Of a stretch of DNA of 64,000 nt, positions 37,531 to 51,519 are shown piece by piece (position 1 is the first letter of the stretch; every line of letters starts with the position of its first letter). Both the position numbers and the translations under genes were made by a program. Under the pieces are notes generated by a model, which had not been told where the DNA came from, did no database searches, and saw only the letters and a program-made list of their open reading frames with translations. This stretch comes from Octopus bimaculoides (Eukaryota), in NCBI RefSeq assembly GCF_001194135.2, contig NC_069005.1, positions 19,161,260-19,225,259 on the forward strand, given 5' to 3'.

Positions 37531-38872
37531 GTATGTATTTTTGATTTCTAGATGAATAATGTTTATTGAAGTGTCTCTTTATGTCAGATTGAGTTCTGCA
37601 TTGCTATCTCCACCTTTAGTTACAAATCTTTGAAAAGGCGAAAATCAGTATTGAAAAGCAGAGTTAAAGTGATTGTTTTCTTGTAGGTAACAGTTTCTTA
37701 GTTTATCTCTTGTTGCTCATCAGCATTGATTTTTTTTTTTCTTTTTCTTTTTCCATTTCTGCATTCATTTTTTTTCTCCACTTCCTGTTGGTTTGGACAT
37801 GAAGACTTTATTGTCTCATGTCCTAGGTTTTCATAGCATACAAGTGACTGAGATCACAAAGTACCCCTGTATGGGTCATCAGTCCATTGCAGGATTATTT
37901 ACTCATTTACAGCTGAGTAAACTGAGTTAACATGAAATGTTTTGCTCATGAACACAATGCACTGTCCAGTCCTGGAGTTTAAAAACAAACAAACTTGTAA
38001 TTGTGAATGCAATACTGCTCACCATAGGCCACATGCCTTCAACCTGTTGGCCTGATTTGGTTGGAAATCCTCAAAAATTTTTCACTACATTACAACAGTG
38101 ACATACCCTGTGACGGTTCTCTTATATTTTGGTGTGTCTGGTAACAGTGCCTTCCTTAAATTTGGTTCAGTTTGGTAGAATTGTTAGAGCATCAGTTTTT
38201 CTTCTGCCTCATTACATTCAAAGTTCAAATTTGGCCATGATCAACTTTGCCTTTCATCCTTATGGGATCAATAATATAAAGAGCCAGTCAAGTGCAGGGG
38301 TCAATGGTATTGACTACCCCCACCCTCAAAATTGCTTGTCTTATGCTATTATATTTTTCTGCTTGTTCCTGTCATCTGGCTGTTTTGTCTGTGTGTTACA
38401 CCAAGGGAGAAAGACATAGGATAGAGAAAGAGAAGGGGGAGGATGGGAGACAAAGAGAGAAACAGAAATAGTGGGATCAGTGAAAAAAATAGAAAGAGGG
38501 AAAAAGTCTATATTCTGTATTTGTATGCTGAAATCATAGGCACAATCAAGACGTTTAACATAATGAAACAATAAAGATCTATAAAGTTATGCATTAAATA
38601 ATACATTAATAGATAGTTAAATTAAAGTGAAATAACCTTAGCAAATAACTGTGGATATCACTCTTTTACCTTTTACACATTCCAGACCAAAGGCTGTGAC
38701 CATACTGGGGTACTACCATAATTTTTTTTTTTTTTTTTTTAATTATTCGGTTTAAATGTTTATTGATATTATGAGAGTTGACAGATAAACACATTGGCTG
38801 AAAGGAAAGAAGATATTCAAATATACTGACTTACACTGTGGAATTTCCATGGGTCCTCCTAATTTATTATTA

Positions 38873-39304
38873 AGGTGGCGAGCTGGCAGAATCATTAGCA
38901 TGCCTAGCAAAATGCTTAGAGGCATCTTGTTCATCGTTACATTCTGAGTTTAAATTCCACGATTGCCTTTTGTCCTTTTGCATTTAATAAAATAAGTACC
39001 AGTTGAGACCTGGGATCGATCCAATCGACTTACCCACCTCCCTCAATATTATGGGCCTTGTGCCAAAATTTGAAATTGTTATTAAGGTGGTGAGCTGGCA
39101 GAATTGTTAGCATGCCAGGCAAAATGCTTAGTGGCATTTCACCTGTCTTTATGTTTTGAGTTCATATTCCGCCAAGGTCAACTTTGCCTTTTATCCTTTT
39201 AAGGGCCAATGAAATTAATACCAGTGAAACATTGGGGTTGATATAATGGACTAGTCCCCTCCCCCAAAAATTTCAGGCTTTGTGCCTATAGTAGAAAGGA
39301 TTAC

Positions 39305-39337
<33 letters not shown>

Positions 39338-39450
39338 TCGGCAGTGTCATTAGAGCATTGGAAGAAATGCTTTGCAGTATTTCTTCTGACTGGCTACTTT
39401 TAGAATTCAAATTCTATCAAGGTCAACTTTGCTTTTCATCCTTTTGTCAA
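38873..39450 (+). mobile_element. Three tandem family B SINEs
   Basis: ATTAAGGTGG(C/T)GAGCTGGCAGAA heads at about 38873 and 39083 plus a partial third copy after (ATT)n. Confidence 0.85.
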
Positions 39451-39736
39451 AATTAGAATAATTGTTCTTCATTAGACATTCTTTCTACTGTCTATCTCTG
39501 TCTCAGTGAGAGGGTTTATCATGATACAACCCTCTGGTAAGTTCTCTTATAATGACTTCTTGTACTTTCTGTCCGTTCTTACTTCTTTGGGTAATATAAC
39601 ATGATATTGGCCAGGATGGAGGGTCAGTAGTATTAAAATTTTTTTTTATCAATGAATCAGGCAAATCATTTTCTAGGCTTTGTGTCTTCTTCACAATTTA
39701 TAAAATATAAAATTCATACATCATTCCAAATAATGG

Positions 39737-39771
<35 letters not shown>

Positions 39772-39774
39772 ATA

Positions 39775-40633
39775 TATTGGGTCATCCCATAAATAAGGTG
39801 TTTTTTTTCAATTGCATGAGCTAAAAGTCAGAGGAGAATAGGATAAACTACCTGCATCAAATTGCTATAAAAGCAGGTAGTAATTTTACCTTATTCTTAT
39901 TCTTAGTGCAAGTTTTGAAGAGCGTACATTTTAACAGTTATTTTTTCAGTCATAATGGAAGTGGCAAAAGAGTATATTTGGCATATTTTGCTTTATGAGT
40001 TCAATAAAGGCAACAATGCAACAGAAAGTGTGAGGAATATTAATGCAGTATATGGGGATCAGACAATAAGTGTAAGCCAGTGTCAATGATGATTCCAGAA
40101 ATTCCAAGCCTCATCTTGGAAAAGCTGTAGAGCTCAATGAGGATGTCCTGCAAAGCCTGATGAACTAGCAGGGAAGCTCGGATTTGGTCATTCAACCAGT
40201 CATTCAAGTCAATACTAGAAGAAAAATGACCAATTTTGGTTTCAAGATGAAAGGTGTTCTTCAATCAGGATAATGCTTGGCCACATACAGCGAGGATGGC
40301 ATTCCAAAATCTGGCGCAGTTTGAATGGGAAACGATGCCCCACCCACCATATTCACTGGACGTTGCCCCATCTGGTTATCATTTATTCCGCTGTCCTCAA
40401 AATCATTTGGACGTAAAAAATATGAATTCTGTAGACTACGTCAGAACAGTATTGGAGGAGTATTTTTCATCATAGACAAGTGAATTTTGGAAGAGAGGCC
40501 TTGCAAGTCTACCAGATAGATGGAAGAGCATTGTAGAAAATGAAGGAGAGTATATTTTAGATTAAAAAAGAACTTTGTTTATCTTAATTTTGAAAAATAA
40601 AAGAAATATAAAAAGTATTGGGATGACCCAATA
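39775..40633 (+). mobile_element. Internally deleted mariner transposon (pseudogenised transposase)
   Basis: TIRs TATTGGGTCATCCCA / TGGGATGACCCAATA in TA context; QDNAWPHT...HPPYSLDVAPSGYHLF (YSPDLAP motif). Confidence 0.9.
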
Positions 40634-41149
40634 CTTTCTCACAAGTGGCTGTAAAAAGCTAACTGCAAACTTGTTCTCAATGAAGCATTTAAATAGCTTA
40701 GAAGACTATGACTAAGACAACTTAGTGTGATTGAGTGGAATTTAGCTGCTATTTCTAACATTTCAAGTGACATATTGGTAGATCTCTCATTGGCTCAGTC
40801 TCTATTAGTACATACATGTGTCTACACTAGAAGACCCAACTTTGAAACTGATAACATTGCTGCTTGCGTAAATTTGTTCATTTGATGCACAACATCAACT
40901 AGAACCTCCTTGAGATAAAACTTGAGATTTCCCTCATCACGTGGATTTATCACAAACACTCTGATTAAAGGTCTAAATACTTTAATCACTCAATTTAAAT
41001 ATTTTAATCATCATTATATGCTTATTTTGTTGTAGTGTTTTGATCATTTTGCTTTGTTCATTTTTTAAAATAAAATCTGACATATCAGCATGTGTGTATG
41101 TGTAAGAGAGAGAGAGAGAGAGTTTGTGTGTGCATGTCCTTGACTGTCT

Positions 41150-41885
41150 ACTTCAGGGTTCATCTGTCTATTTCAGTGTCATCTTGTTTATTCCAATGTC
41201 CAGCAGTGTAAGTGTCCATCAATTTGTCCATATACCTTTGAGTTTCTGTTTGCCTGTCTGCCTCTTTAAGTCTACAGTCTGCCAGTTTCTTTGAGTCTTT
41301 TCTATCTGTCTGCCTGCTTGTCTGTTTGAGTCTCTGTTCTGTCTGAGTCTCTGGTCTGCCTATCTACTTGTCTGTTATGGTCCCTGGTCTGTCTGTCTAC
41401 CTAACTGCTTGAGTCTGGTCTGTTTGTTTGCCTGTTCAAGTCTCATCCGCCTGCTTGTCTGGTTTGGTTTCTGACCTGTCTATATGCCTGCTTGAGTCTC
41501 TGGTCTGTCTGTCCATCTACCTGTCTGAGTCTCTGCTCTGCCTGCCTGCCTGTTTAAAGTCTGGTCTGCCTACTTGTCTGTTTGACTCTCTGGTCTGTTG
41601 CCTGTCTGCCTATTTAAATCTGATTTGCCTGCTTGTTTGTTTGGATCTCTGATCTGTCTACATATCTGCTTAAGTTTGGCTTGTCTATCTACCGAAGTTT
41701 CTGATCTGCTGGCCTGCCTGTTCAAGTCTCTGCTCTGTCTGTCTGTCTGCCTGCATGTTTGTGTCTCTGGTCTGCCTGTCTGTCTGCCTGTTTGAGCATC
41801 TAGTCTATCTGTCCATTTGTTTGCATGTCTACTCTTCAGCCTGTCTAAGTATCTCTCTGTTTGCCTGCCTAAATATTGTTTATCT
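41150..41885. repeat. Degenerate minisatellite of about 24-27-bp units (TCTGGTCTGCCTGTCTGCTTGTTTGAG-like)
   Basis: Recurring AGTCTCTG(G/C)TCTG(C/T)C...CTG motifs over about 700 bp. Confidence 0.85.
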
Positions 41886-42124
41886 TAGTCTTGAAGGTGA
41901 TAAGTTCAAAGGAATGTTGCCAAGTGACTCACTATGAAGTCAAAGCTAGAAGTTCAAGAATCAAATGTTTAATCCATATATTTTGTCAGACTTGTGGATT
42001 ATCTTAGGTTTTCACTTCACCTGCAGGTTTCAATAAATTTTCCAAATAATCAGGATTTTGACAGTTTTTCTAATGACTTTTTATATATTTTAAAAATTTA
42101 CCTTTATTTTTGTTTTGTCTTTTA

Positions 42125-43528
42125 TTTCGCACTAGTTTTCAGTCATTGGATCATGGCCATGCTAGAGCATCACCTTGAAGGCTTTTAATTGACCAAATCA
42201 ACTGCAGTACCTATTTTTCTTTTTAAGTTTGTTACTTTTCTTGACATTTCCATTTGCTAAACTGCTAAGCTATGGGGGTGTAAATGAACCAACACCAGTT
42301 GTCAAGCAGTGGTGGGGTAGATATCCACACACACATGCAGTTTCTGTCTACCAAATTCACTCACAAGGCATTAGTCATCCCAGGGCTATAGTAGAAGAGA
42401 CTTGACCAAGGTGCCACACTGTGAGACTGAACCTGAAACCACAGGTTGCAAAGCAAGCTTCTGAACTGCACTACTAATATTTTCTCGTGTTAAGGTCATC
42501 TCTACAGATTTTCTATAGATGACCTCAACACATTTAAGTACACTGCTAACACAGTAGTACACAGTATTGACTTAGAAAAACATTTAATATACTTTGCAGC
42601 ATATTATGGTTGCATAACAAAATATTGTGTGCCTTCAAGTCACTAATACTTCTTGTATTTGAATTAATCCAAGGAATTGGGCCATGCACATAAATGCATG
42701 TTTTTAAACTGAGGATGCAGGTTCTTGCATACAAATGATAAAATAATAGTATTTTAACTTAGATCCCTGCTCCCATTTCATATTTTTACTAATTACTAAA
42801 GGTGCAGGAGTGGCTGTGTGATAAGTAGCTTGCTTACCAGCTACATGGTTCCGGGTTCATTCCCACTGCGTGGCACCTTGGGCAAATGTCTTCTACTATA
42901 GCCTTGGGCCGACCAAAGCCTTGTGAGTGGATTTGGTAGACGGAAACTGAAAGAAGCCCGTCGTATATATGTATGTATGTGTGTGTATATGTTTATNNNN
43001 NNNNNNNNNNNNNNNNNNNNNNNNNNNNNNNNNNNNNNNNNNNNNNNNNNNNNNNNNNNNNNNNNNNNNNNNNNNNNNNNNNNNNNNNNNNNNNNNNNNN
43101 NNNNNNNNNNNNNNNNNNNNNNNNNNNNNNNNNNNNNNNNNNNNNNNNNNNNNNNNNNNNNNNNNNNNNNNNNNNNNNNNNNNNNNNNNNNNNNNNNNNN
43201 NNNNNNNNNNNNNNNNNNNNNNNNNNNNNNNNNNNNNNNNNNNNNNNNNNNNNNNNNNNNNNNNNNNNNNNNNNNCAGCCATAAAACAGTTTGTTTTTAC
43301 CACAATGGGTAATATCAGAAAATATGACCTGCTTATCTAGTTTCAGTCATTAGACTGCAGTCATGCTGGAGCATTACCTTGAAGAACTTTTAGTTGAATG
43401 AATCAATCCCAGTGCTTATATTATATTCTTTTTAAGCCTGGTTCTTATTCTATTGGTCATTTTTGCTGAACCTCTAAATTATGGGGACATAAACGCACCA
43501 ACACCAGTTGTCAAGCGGTGGAGTGGGG

Positions 43529-43578
<50 letters not shown>

Positions 43579-43725
43579 TGATGGGCCTCTTTCAGTTTCT
43601 GATTACTAAATCCACTCACAGGACTTTGGATGGCCCAAGGAGACACTTACCCAAGATATCACACAGTGGGATTGAACCTGGAACCATGTGGTTGGGAAGC
43701 AAACTTCTTACCACGCAGCGATGCC
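42125..43725. mobile_element. Family A SINE trio (- 42125-42475, + 42803-42995, - 43335-43725)
   Basis: The + copy is near-consensus: GCAGGAGTGGCTGTGTGATAAGTAGCTTGCTTACC... Confidence 0.85.
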
Positions 43726-46038
43726 TGTCAAATTGCTTGGTGCTTATACAAAATAGTGAAATGAATACTAATGTTGAAAAGAAAAATATTTATTATCTTA
43801 AAATTAAATAAAGCAAATTTCTCATTTGTGTAACTACTTTGTCGTTTACTCCTACTGTTCCTCCTTGGTCTCTATGATTCTTTCTCTCCACTCATCCTGC
43901 ACCTCTTGTTAACTCTTACTATATCTCTCTTTTGCTTTCTCCCCCCCCCCTCTATATCATATAAAGTGTGACTGAAGAAACAAATGAATAAATCAATCAA
44001 CATCTGTATTGGTTATTATTATATACAAATTATGTATCAAATTCTTCACCCAGTGGTGTTAATTCAAAGACTGAAAGGGAAATAAACCAATTATTAAGAC
44101 AGTTTTTAAATGTAATAGGTCTATCTTGCAAATAAGAAATCTTAAATGTTAATAATATATTGTATGGTTCATTATATTCAAATCCTGCCAAAGTTGACTT
44201 TGCTTTTCAGCTTTCCTTTCTGGAATTGGTGAGATAAACTCCAGTAAAATACTGAATCGATACAATCAACTAGACCCTCCCTACAACATTTCTGGTTTGG
44301 TGCCTATGTTAGAAATCAGTACAATGGGTGAGATTAAATGCTCTACAGCATTTAGTCCCTTTTACATTCATAGTTCAAATTCCACTTTGATCAACTTTAC
44401 CTTTGATCTTTACCTTTGATCTTTCTTTCATGTTGATAAATACCAGTCAGAAAGTACTAGCATAGATTTAAATCAACTATACCACCACCACCACCACCAC
44501 CACCACCACCACCACCAACCCCAGTCTTCTAAATTGTGTGGCCTTGTGCCTGTATTAAAAATCATTGAATTGGGAAAGCATTTTATTCATTCTTTCATTC
44601 ATGTGTGTTTATAATCATTGTAATATAAAGTCATTATCAGGTGTGACTATGTGGTTCCAGGTTCACTCCCACTTCATGACACTTGGGCAAGTGTCTTCTG
44701 CTATAGTCTCGGCCTGACCAAAGCCTTGTGAGTGGATGTGGTTGACAGAAACTGAAAGAAGCCTGTCATGTGTATGTGTGCAAGTACCTTTGTGTCGGTG
44801 TTTGTCCCCCACCACCACTTGTTGGTGTGTTTATATCCCTATAACTTAGCAGTTCAGCTACAAGGAAACTGATAGAATAAGTACCAGGCTTAACAAAATT
44901 AAGTACTGGGGTCAATTCATTCAACTAAAAATTCTTCATTGCAGTGCCCCAGCATGACTACAGTCTAATGACTGAAACAAGAAGGTTGTGATGGGGTGCC
45001 AGAGCAAACTCTCAAAGTGCAAGGAGGTGAGCATAAGAGAAGATGTGGTCAGTGAGTCATGGGAGTTGGGGAAAGAGTAGATATTTTCATAAGGGTATGA
45101 GGATAGAGGTGAATGTCAGGTGAGAGAGAGAGAGATCATACAACTGGAATCATTTCATAAATTCCTTGGATGCAACAGCTCTGAGGGAATTAGTAGTCCT
45201 GAATCAACTGCAAAATTGTCCAACATCTTTTTTAAGCTAGTCATCCACAATATGGTGAATTCTGTCTATTATTGTTTATACCTTAGATATTTATAAAACT
45301 GGGTGCTGCCAGGAACTGCTTATAGTTAGATAAAAAGTTAAGATCCAAAACTAAAGCAACCACAGGTGGGTGCTCTATGTTGTCAAAGGTTAATCCATAA
45401 GAAAATAAAAATAGTTTGTAGGCATTATAGTACAATTGTTATTTTGCTGTAAAGAATGAATCCAATTTTTCCAATTTTTGGCACATTTGTCCTTGCTAGA
45501 ACAATTAGCAGTCATACTTTTTCTATTTCCAGCATCATAACTGTTTGGTTAAGAAGCTTGTTATGCAACTACATGGTTGTGGTTGTGTGGTAAGCAGTTT
45601 GTTTCCCAGCCATGTGTTCTTTGGTTCAGTTCCACTGCATAGCACTTGGGGCAAGTTTTCTACTATAGCCCTAGGATGAGTGGATATGATAGGTGGAAAC
45701 TGAAAGAAATCTGTTGTGTGTGTGCACGTTACTTACTGTCTCCCTGTCTTTACATTATGTAGTAGTTGTGAGTGCTACCATCATGCAAGCTGGGTTCATT
45801 TTCAATCAGCTGTAAAAATACATTTAGTCACAAGGAAATATATGATTGATGTTAGGAAGGGCCTCCAGCCATAGAAACCAAGCTAAAATGGGATATGGAA
45901 CCTGGTGCAGACTGTCAAGCCATCCAACCCATGCCAGCATGGAAAATGGACATTAAATGTTGATGATGATGATCTGGCCATAAAAAAATTCACCTTAACA
46001 AATTCCATCCAAACTGTGTGGCGAGCAAGTGTTAAAAC

Positions 46039-46073
<35 letters not shown>

Positions 46074-46974
46074 CTCGCCACCCCTGTTTGACAACTTGTG
46101 ATGGTTTGTTTATGATATAGTGATTCAGAAAAAGAGACTATTTTTTTATGCTTTTACTTGTTTCAGTCATTTTGACTGCAGCCATGCTGGAGCACCACCT
46201 TAAAGGGTTTTTTAGTCGAAGAAATTTACTCCAGGACTTATTCTTTGTAAGCCTAATACTCATTTTGTCAGTCTCTTTTGCCGAACCATTAAGTTACGGA
46301 GATGTAAGCACACCAACGTTGGTTGTCAAGTGGAGGTGCCTATGTGGTAAGACCAGTGGAATAGACTTTAGGAAATAAAAGTACTGAGATCAATTTGGTC
46401 AACTAAATCCTTTGAGCTGGTGCCCCATATTGGCCACAATCCAATGACTGAAGCAAGTAAAAAAAGACAATGAAAAGTGTATGAAACAATGGATTTTGCC
46501 CCTCCTCATCATCAAATGACGACTGGTGCACTTTTTATCTACGAACTTCCAGATAATCGTTTGTTGATTGGAAATGCTTATAATTTATATGCATTTTATA
46601 TGGAATTTGTATTATAAAGGCTAAGAGCATGAAGATTGGAGTTGCTTAAATAAGATTTTAGTGTTTGTAAAACTGAAGGATCTTTTCTCTCTCTCTCTCT
46701 CTCACACACACACACTCCCTGTCTCTCTCTTTTTCACTTTCATTCCCTTTCACTCTCCTCCTCCTCTCTCTTTTTAAATGAACTTGTATGCTTAGTGAAC
46801 AATTTAATCTGTTGCAGCCTGCTTGTTAATCCTTTAATCTGTGAGATTGGAATTTTTACATCTGTAAAGATCATTCATGAGCAAAACTAATCAGAGAGAG
46901 AGAGCTTATGTAGACTGTTTAGACCTCCTTCAGGGTTTTAACTAATACTCACACACATATGTATGTGTGTACTG

Positions 46975-47021
<47 letters not shown>

Positions 47022-49439
47022 GTACTTATTGGGGGATGGTCTTAAGAATCAACTCCTGTTGTCTAGGGAGTGGTGGTGGTGGTGGTGGTGTTGGAGAAAG
47101 TCAATTTGACCTTTTTGTTATTGAGACTGTGAAGGGTGATAAATGCTCTACATGTATGTTAAATTCATTGTTGTTGGTTGGTCTCCTGTCTTTCCCTCAC
47201 CTAGAGTCAGCCCTGATCCATGATCAGGCCTACAATCAAAACTGTTAACCACTCCTGATCATATTGTCTTCTAATCAGGCGTCATATATTTAGGCCTATG
47301 TTATCCTTTATGCCTTTTCATTTTTGGCCAGACCACCTGTCCTGGTTTTATGATACAAATGTTCTATTTTAAAGTGATCTAAACTAAAAAAAAACCCATC
47401 ACAAATTCATGTTAATTTGTATTCCAAAATATCTGTTTAACAGTCCTTTCTACTATAGGTACAAGGCTTGGAATGGGAGGGGTAGTCAATTACATAGACA
47501 CCAGTGCTCAACTGGTACTATTCTATTGACCCCCCAAAAGGATGGAAGAATTGACCTCAGCACCATCTGAACTCAAAACATAAGGCAGACAAAATGGTGT
47601 TAAGCATTTCATTCAGCTTGCTAATGATTGTGCTAGCTCACTGCTTTAAAATACCAGCTTAATAATGACTTACTTAACTAAATTCATTATTTTCAACATT
47701 TATTGAAACAAAGTCAGTTTATTTCAACAAAAGAGTTAATACATTGATACATATATGTGTTGTATTATCTTCTAAATATCATTTTAATTTACCAATATCT
47801 GTCTTTGAGAAAAGGATGTACTAGATAATTGCTTGTCCCAGATAGCCATGGCTAGACTGACTTTGCTTATAGGTCTGTATACCCAGGGTTGACCCACGGA
47901 TAAATCATGGCTATTAATATTTATAGGAAGTTTTGTCCTTTGGAATCAAAGAGCTGACAAATTAATTTTATCTTCACTCTCCATCTCTAACCCTTATCAT
48001 ACCAATCCACTTGAGATTATTCTGGTTCTGATACAAAATCTCCTGTTTTAAAGTGATCTCAATGAAAATCTTTCATCAAAATTTCATGTTCATTTATATT
48101 TCAAATAGCAGCTTAATATTAACAAACTTATCTTACTGAATTCATTATTTTCAAAAGTAATTTAAAGGCAGTGTATTTCAACAGAAATATAACAAAATGG
48201 TTATTGATAGTTTTTTTTAGTGATTTTGCTGTCATTTTCTAGTGGGTTTGAGTAACTGTGCTAGAGGCTCTTTAATCAACTCTTGGATTGATGAAAAATA
48301 TGTGACTTATATATTTAAACTGGTTATATCTGGCCCACAAACCTGTTTTATGTTCAGATAGGCCAGATCTGACCTCTCACACCTGCCCTACAAAGTTATT
48401 CTAAAACTAACAAACACATCATCAAAATTTCAGAGCTCCAAATAATGTATGATTAATTTAAAACAATGCAAATAAATAAGCATTACATTTGACAGAGCCA
48501 TCTGAAAGCTAAAGGGCTATCAAGCTTGTCCCCAAGACCCACATCCTCTATTACACTCACACCTGAGTTTGTGAAAGTAATTGTTTTGAGTGTGTGTGTG
48601 TGTGAAGGATCTAAGTGAACTCTTACCTACATTTGATTGTGTATTGAAAGCAGTGGGTGGTATGTGTATTGTTGTTTAGCCCTATACTCTGTCCTGTTTG
48701 AGAAGACTTATCAAAAGCATTTCCGTCCTAAGGAGTCCCATCTTTTTTGTATATTGGCTTACACTGGGGAAGGTTTTAGTTACTATTTCTAGCAGGTCTG
48801 TGTAATTACATGGAGGCTCATTTCTTAGTGTGTCGTTGTACATGGTAGCATGCTATTTTGTGGTGTGATGGGTGGTAGGGTGTTGAGTGTAGTAGGTATG
48901 TTTGTGTGGCAAATATTGTAATGCACCATGAGGAAACTGTGTCAGTTGCTTTCACTCCCCCATAAGCAATTTCCATGACTACGTCTCATGGAAGAGCTGG
49001 TGTGTACAACATAAACAGAGAGGAGAAATGAAAATGTTGAGGAGCCAGCATGAACATCTACTCACTGTTGAATCTCAGATTACCAATGATTAAATGTAAC
49101 AAGACTAAATGCATTCTTATGACTAATTAGTATTGACAATCAAGAGGTAAGTTTCCACTAAAAACAAGACCACAGTGAGATGGTAGCTTTTACTTCATTT
49201 CCACTATTTAATATCCTGGGGCAAAGACTTGCATATTACAGTATCACATTTACTTTTACACTGTTTCTCTAAAAATTTCAAGGTCTTTGTTCCTCATCAA
49301 ACTACCATTTTACAAAATGTACTGTAGCTTCTGGTCCTCATGCCACAGAACATTTGCAAACTTCTCCCTTTCTGCTTCTCCCATGGCTAAGTATACCTGT
49401 CTTCTGGCTACCTGATATAGTTCCCTGCTACCACCATTC

Positions 49440-50420
49440 TTCCAGTCCCATTTCTTCACTCTGTTACACTGTTCTACCACCACACATCACTCTTGGTCTG
49501 GTTGGGACTTTGCACCAGCCACAAATTTGATTTGTGGCTCTCAGTAAGTTATCTCATCAGAACGTCCAGTTATCTTCTATGTTACATATCTGTAACTCCT
49601 CCTCCTCCTCCTTGTTAAATGCTTCATTTAGGACTTCTCTAAATCTTTGATTATTCAGAGGATCCTTAAGCTTCCAGATCATTCTTTTCCAGACTAGTCT
49701 GCTTCTTAGAATCCTTTTGGCATGTGGTCTGAAATCGCTAATGACTAACCTATCATGAGGAATACATTCTTCATCAGGGAAGGTTTTAGCAATTTTGAGC
49801 AACCATGTATGTTGCTTTCTGATGAGAATGTAGTCAATCTTGCTAGCTTGGCCACCAGATTGTTAGTTTATCAGGTGAGTGGCTGACTTCCTAAAGTTGA
49901 TGTTGCAGATCATTAGGTTATTTGCATCACAGAACTCCAGAAGCCTTGTTCCCTCTTCATTATGGGAACCAATTCCATGGCCATCATGCACACTGTGAAA
50001 GACACCCGGTTGCTGCCCAACATGTTCATTGAAGTCACCAACCACAAAAGGGTCACTGTTATTTGTTTTTGAGGTAGTCTGCAAAAAAATATAAAAACAG
50101 TCCTTTTGTTCACTTGGCAGACCCAGTTGAGGAGAATACACAGAGATAATTGTTGCTGTACTACTTTTCAAAACTAGTCTAAGCACACTCTGATTGCCTC
50201 AGTTACCTTATCCACCCATTTTTCAGCTAAAGGTATGCCCACACCACCTACCCTGTCACTTGCTTTCTTGGATTTTATACCTGTTTTTTGCCTGTGAAGA
50301 ACCTGGCAGAAACACCCCTCCACCTAACTCCTTGAATGCAACACACATAATATGCCTCCATTCAAGCATCTCAACAATCTCGCCAGACCTACATTGACAG
50401 TGCCAACTCTAAGGATGTGA
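49440..50420 (-). mobile_element. RTE LINE AP-endonuclease region, decayed
   Basis: IISVYSPQLG, VGDFNEHVG, NEEGTRLLEFCDANNLMICN, IPHDRLVISDF, WKLKDP motifs. Confidence 0.9.
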
Positions 50421-50434
50421 AGGCAGGAGGGAGA

Positions 50435-51180
50435 AGGAGGATGGCATTCAACATCGGAAAAGGTTTCAACAACACATGACATATCGGTTGTCCTCGCAGT
50501 GCTGGAATTCTTTCGAAGTGCCTTTTAACGCCTCCATCGTTTTTTTCTTCACCTCCACATCTGTGAATTCTGTAGCACCAGCTTTCATCAGCAATGATGA
50601 CCTTCAAAAAACGGTCTGGATCAACTTCCAACTGTTCTTTTAGATCATGCCATGCATTCAGTCGTGACTGTTTTTGATCTTCCATGAGCAAACAAGGCAC
50701 AAAATTCGTTGGCAAGAGCTCCAGGACACACCAATCATATCAACAAGTTTGTCAATTATTCAGCAATGGTCCTCCAAGATCAGTTGATGAATTTTCATGA
50801 TGTCTTTGTTCAAGGTTGATCTTTAACTGACAAGTGACCATTCCTAAAGCATGAAAATCACTTGTAAACTTGTGTTTTGCCCATGGTAGCATCCCTGTAA
50901 GCTGTTTGAAGCATGACAACTGTTTTCACCAGCAGAAAAGCGAATTTCACAGAAGCATGTTGTTCCTTCATTTCAGCCATCGCAAAAATCGATGGAACAA
51001 GGAAGCAACACTGCAAAACAAAGACCCACCACATGGCAGTACAACTCCAAATGATGAAGCCAGTCAGCAGACTGACCCCTAGGGGTTGCATTAAGTGGTT
51101 TCTATCAGTGAAAGCCTGAACTTCAACAGGTTTGTCCTACAGAGAATGTTTCCGATTACATTTGGGTACCTCCTCGTATA
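50435..51180 (-). mobile_element. Internally deleted mariner (second family)
   Basis: Terminal TACGAGGAGGTACCCAAATGTAATCGGAA; HTH MKEQHASVKFAFLL...MLQTAYRDATMGKTQVY; catalytic IIADESWCY. Confidence 0.85.
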
Positions 51181-51519
51181 TAAAAAAAAGAGATGACAAA
51201 GGAATAAACAGTTATCTTAGGAACTTCATTAGCTTACACCTGTTTCTTCTATAAGATGCAATGGACTCGTAGTTGAGTATCTGAGTAACACCTTGTAGCC
51301 TCTTCTGTACACAACTAATGCTTCATTCTGAAGCATATGTATGTTGAGTTCTACACCAGATTATTAGTCTCAATACCTACGTGAAATAAATAAACAAATA
51401 TATATGTGTGTGTGTATGTATGTATGTGTGTGTATGTATATATATATGTATGTATGTGTGTGTATGTATATATATATGTATGTATGTATGTGTATGAATA
51501 TATATGTGTGTGTAGGTGA

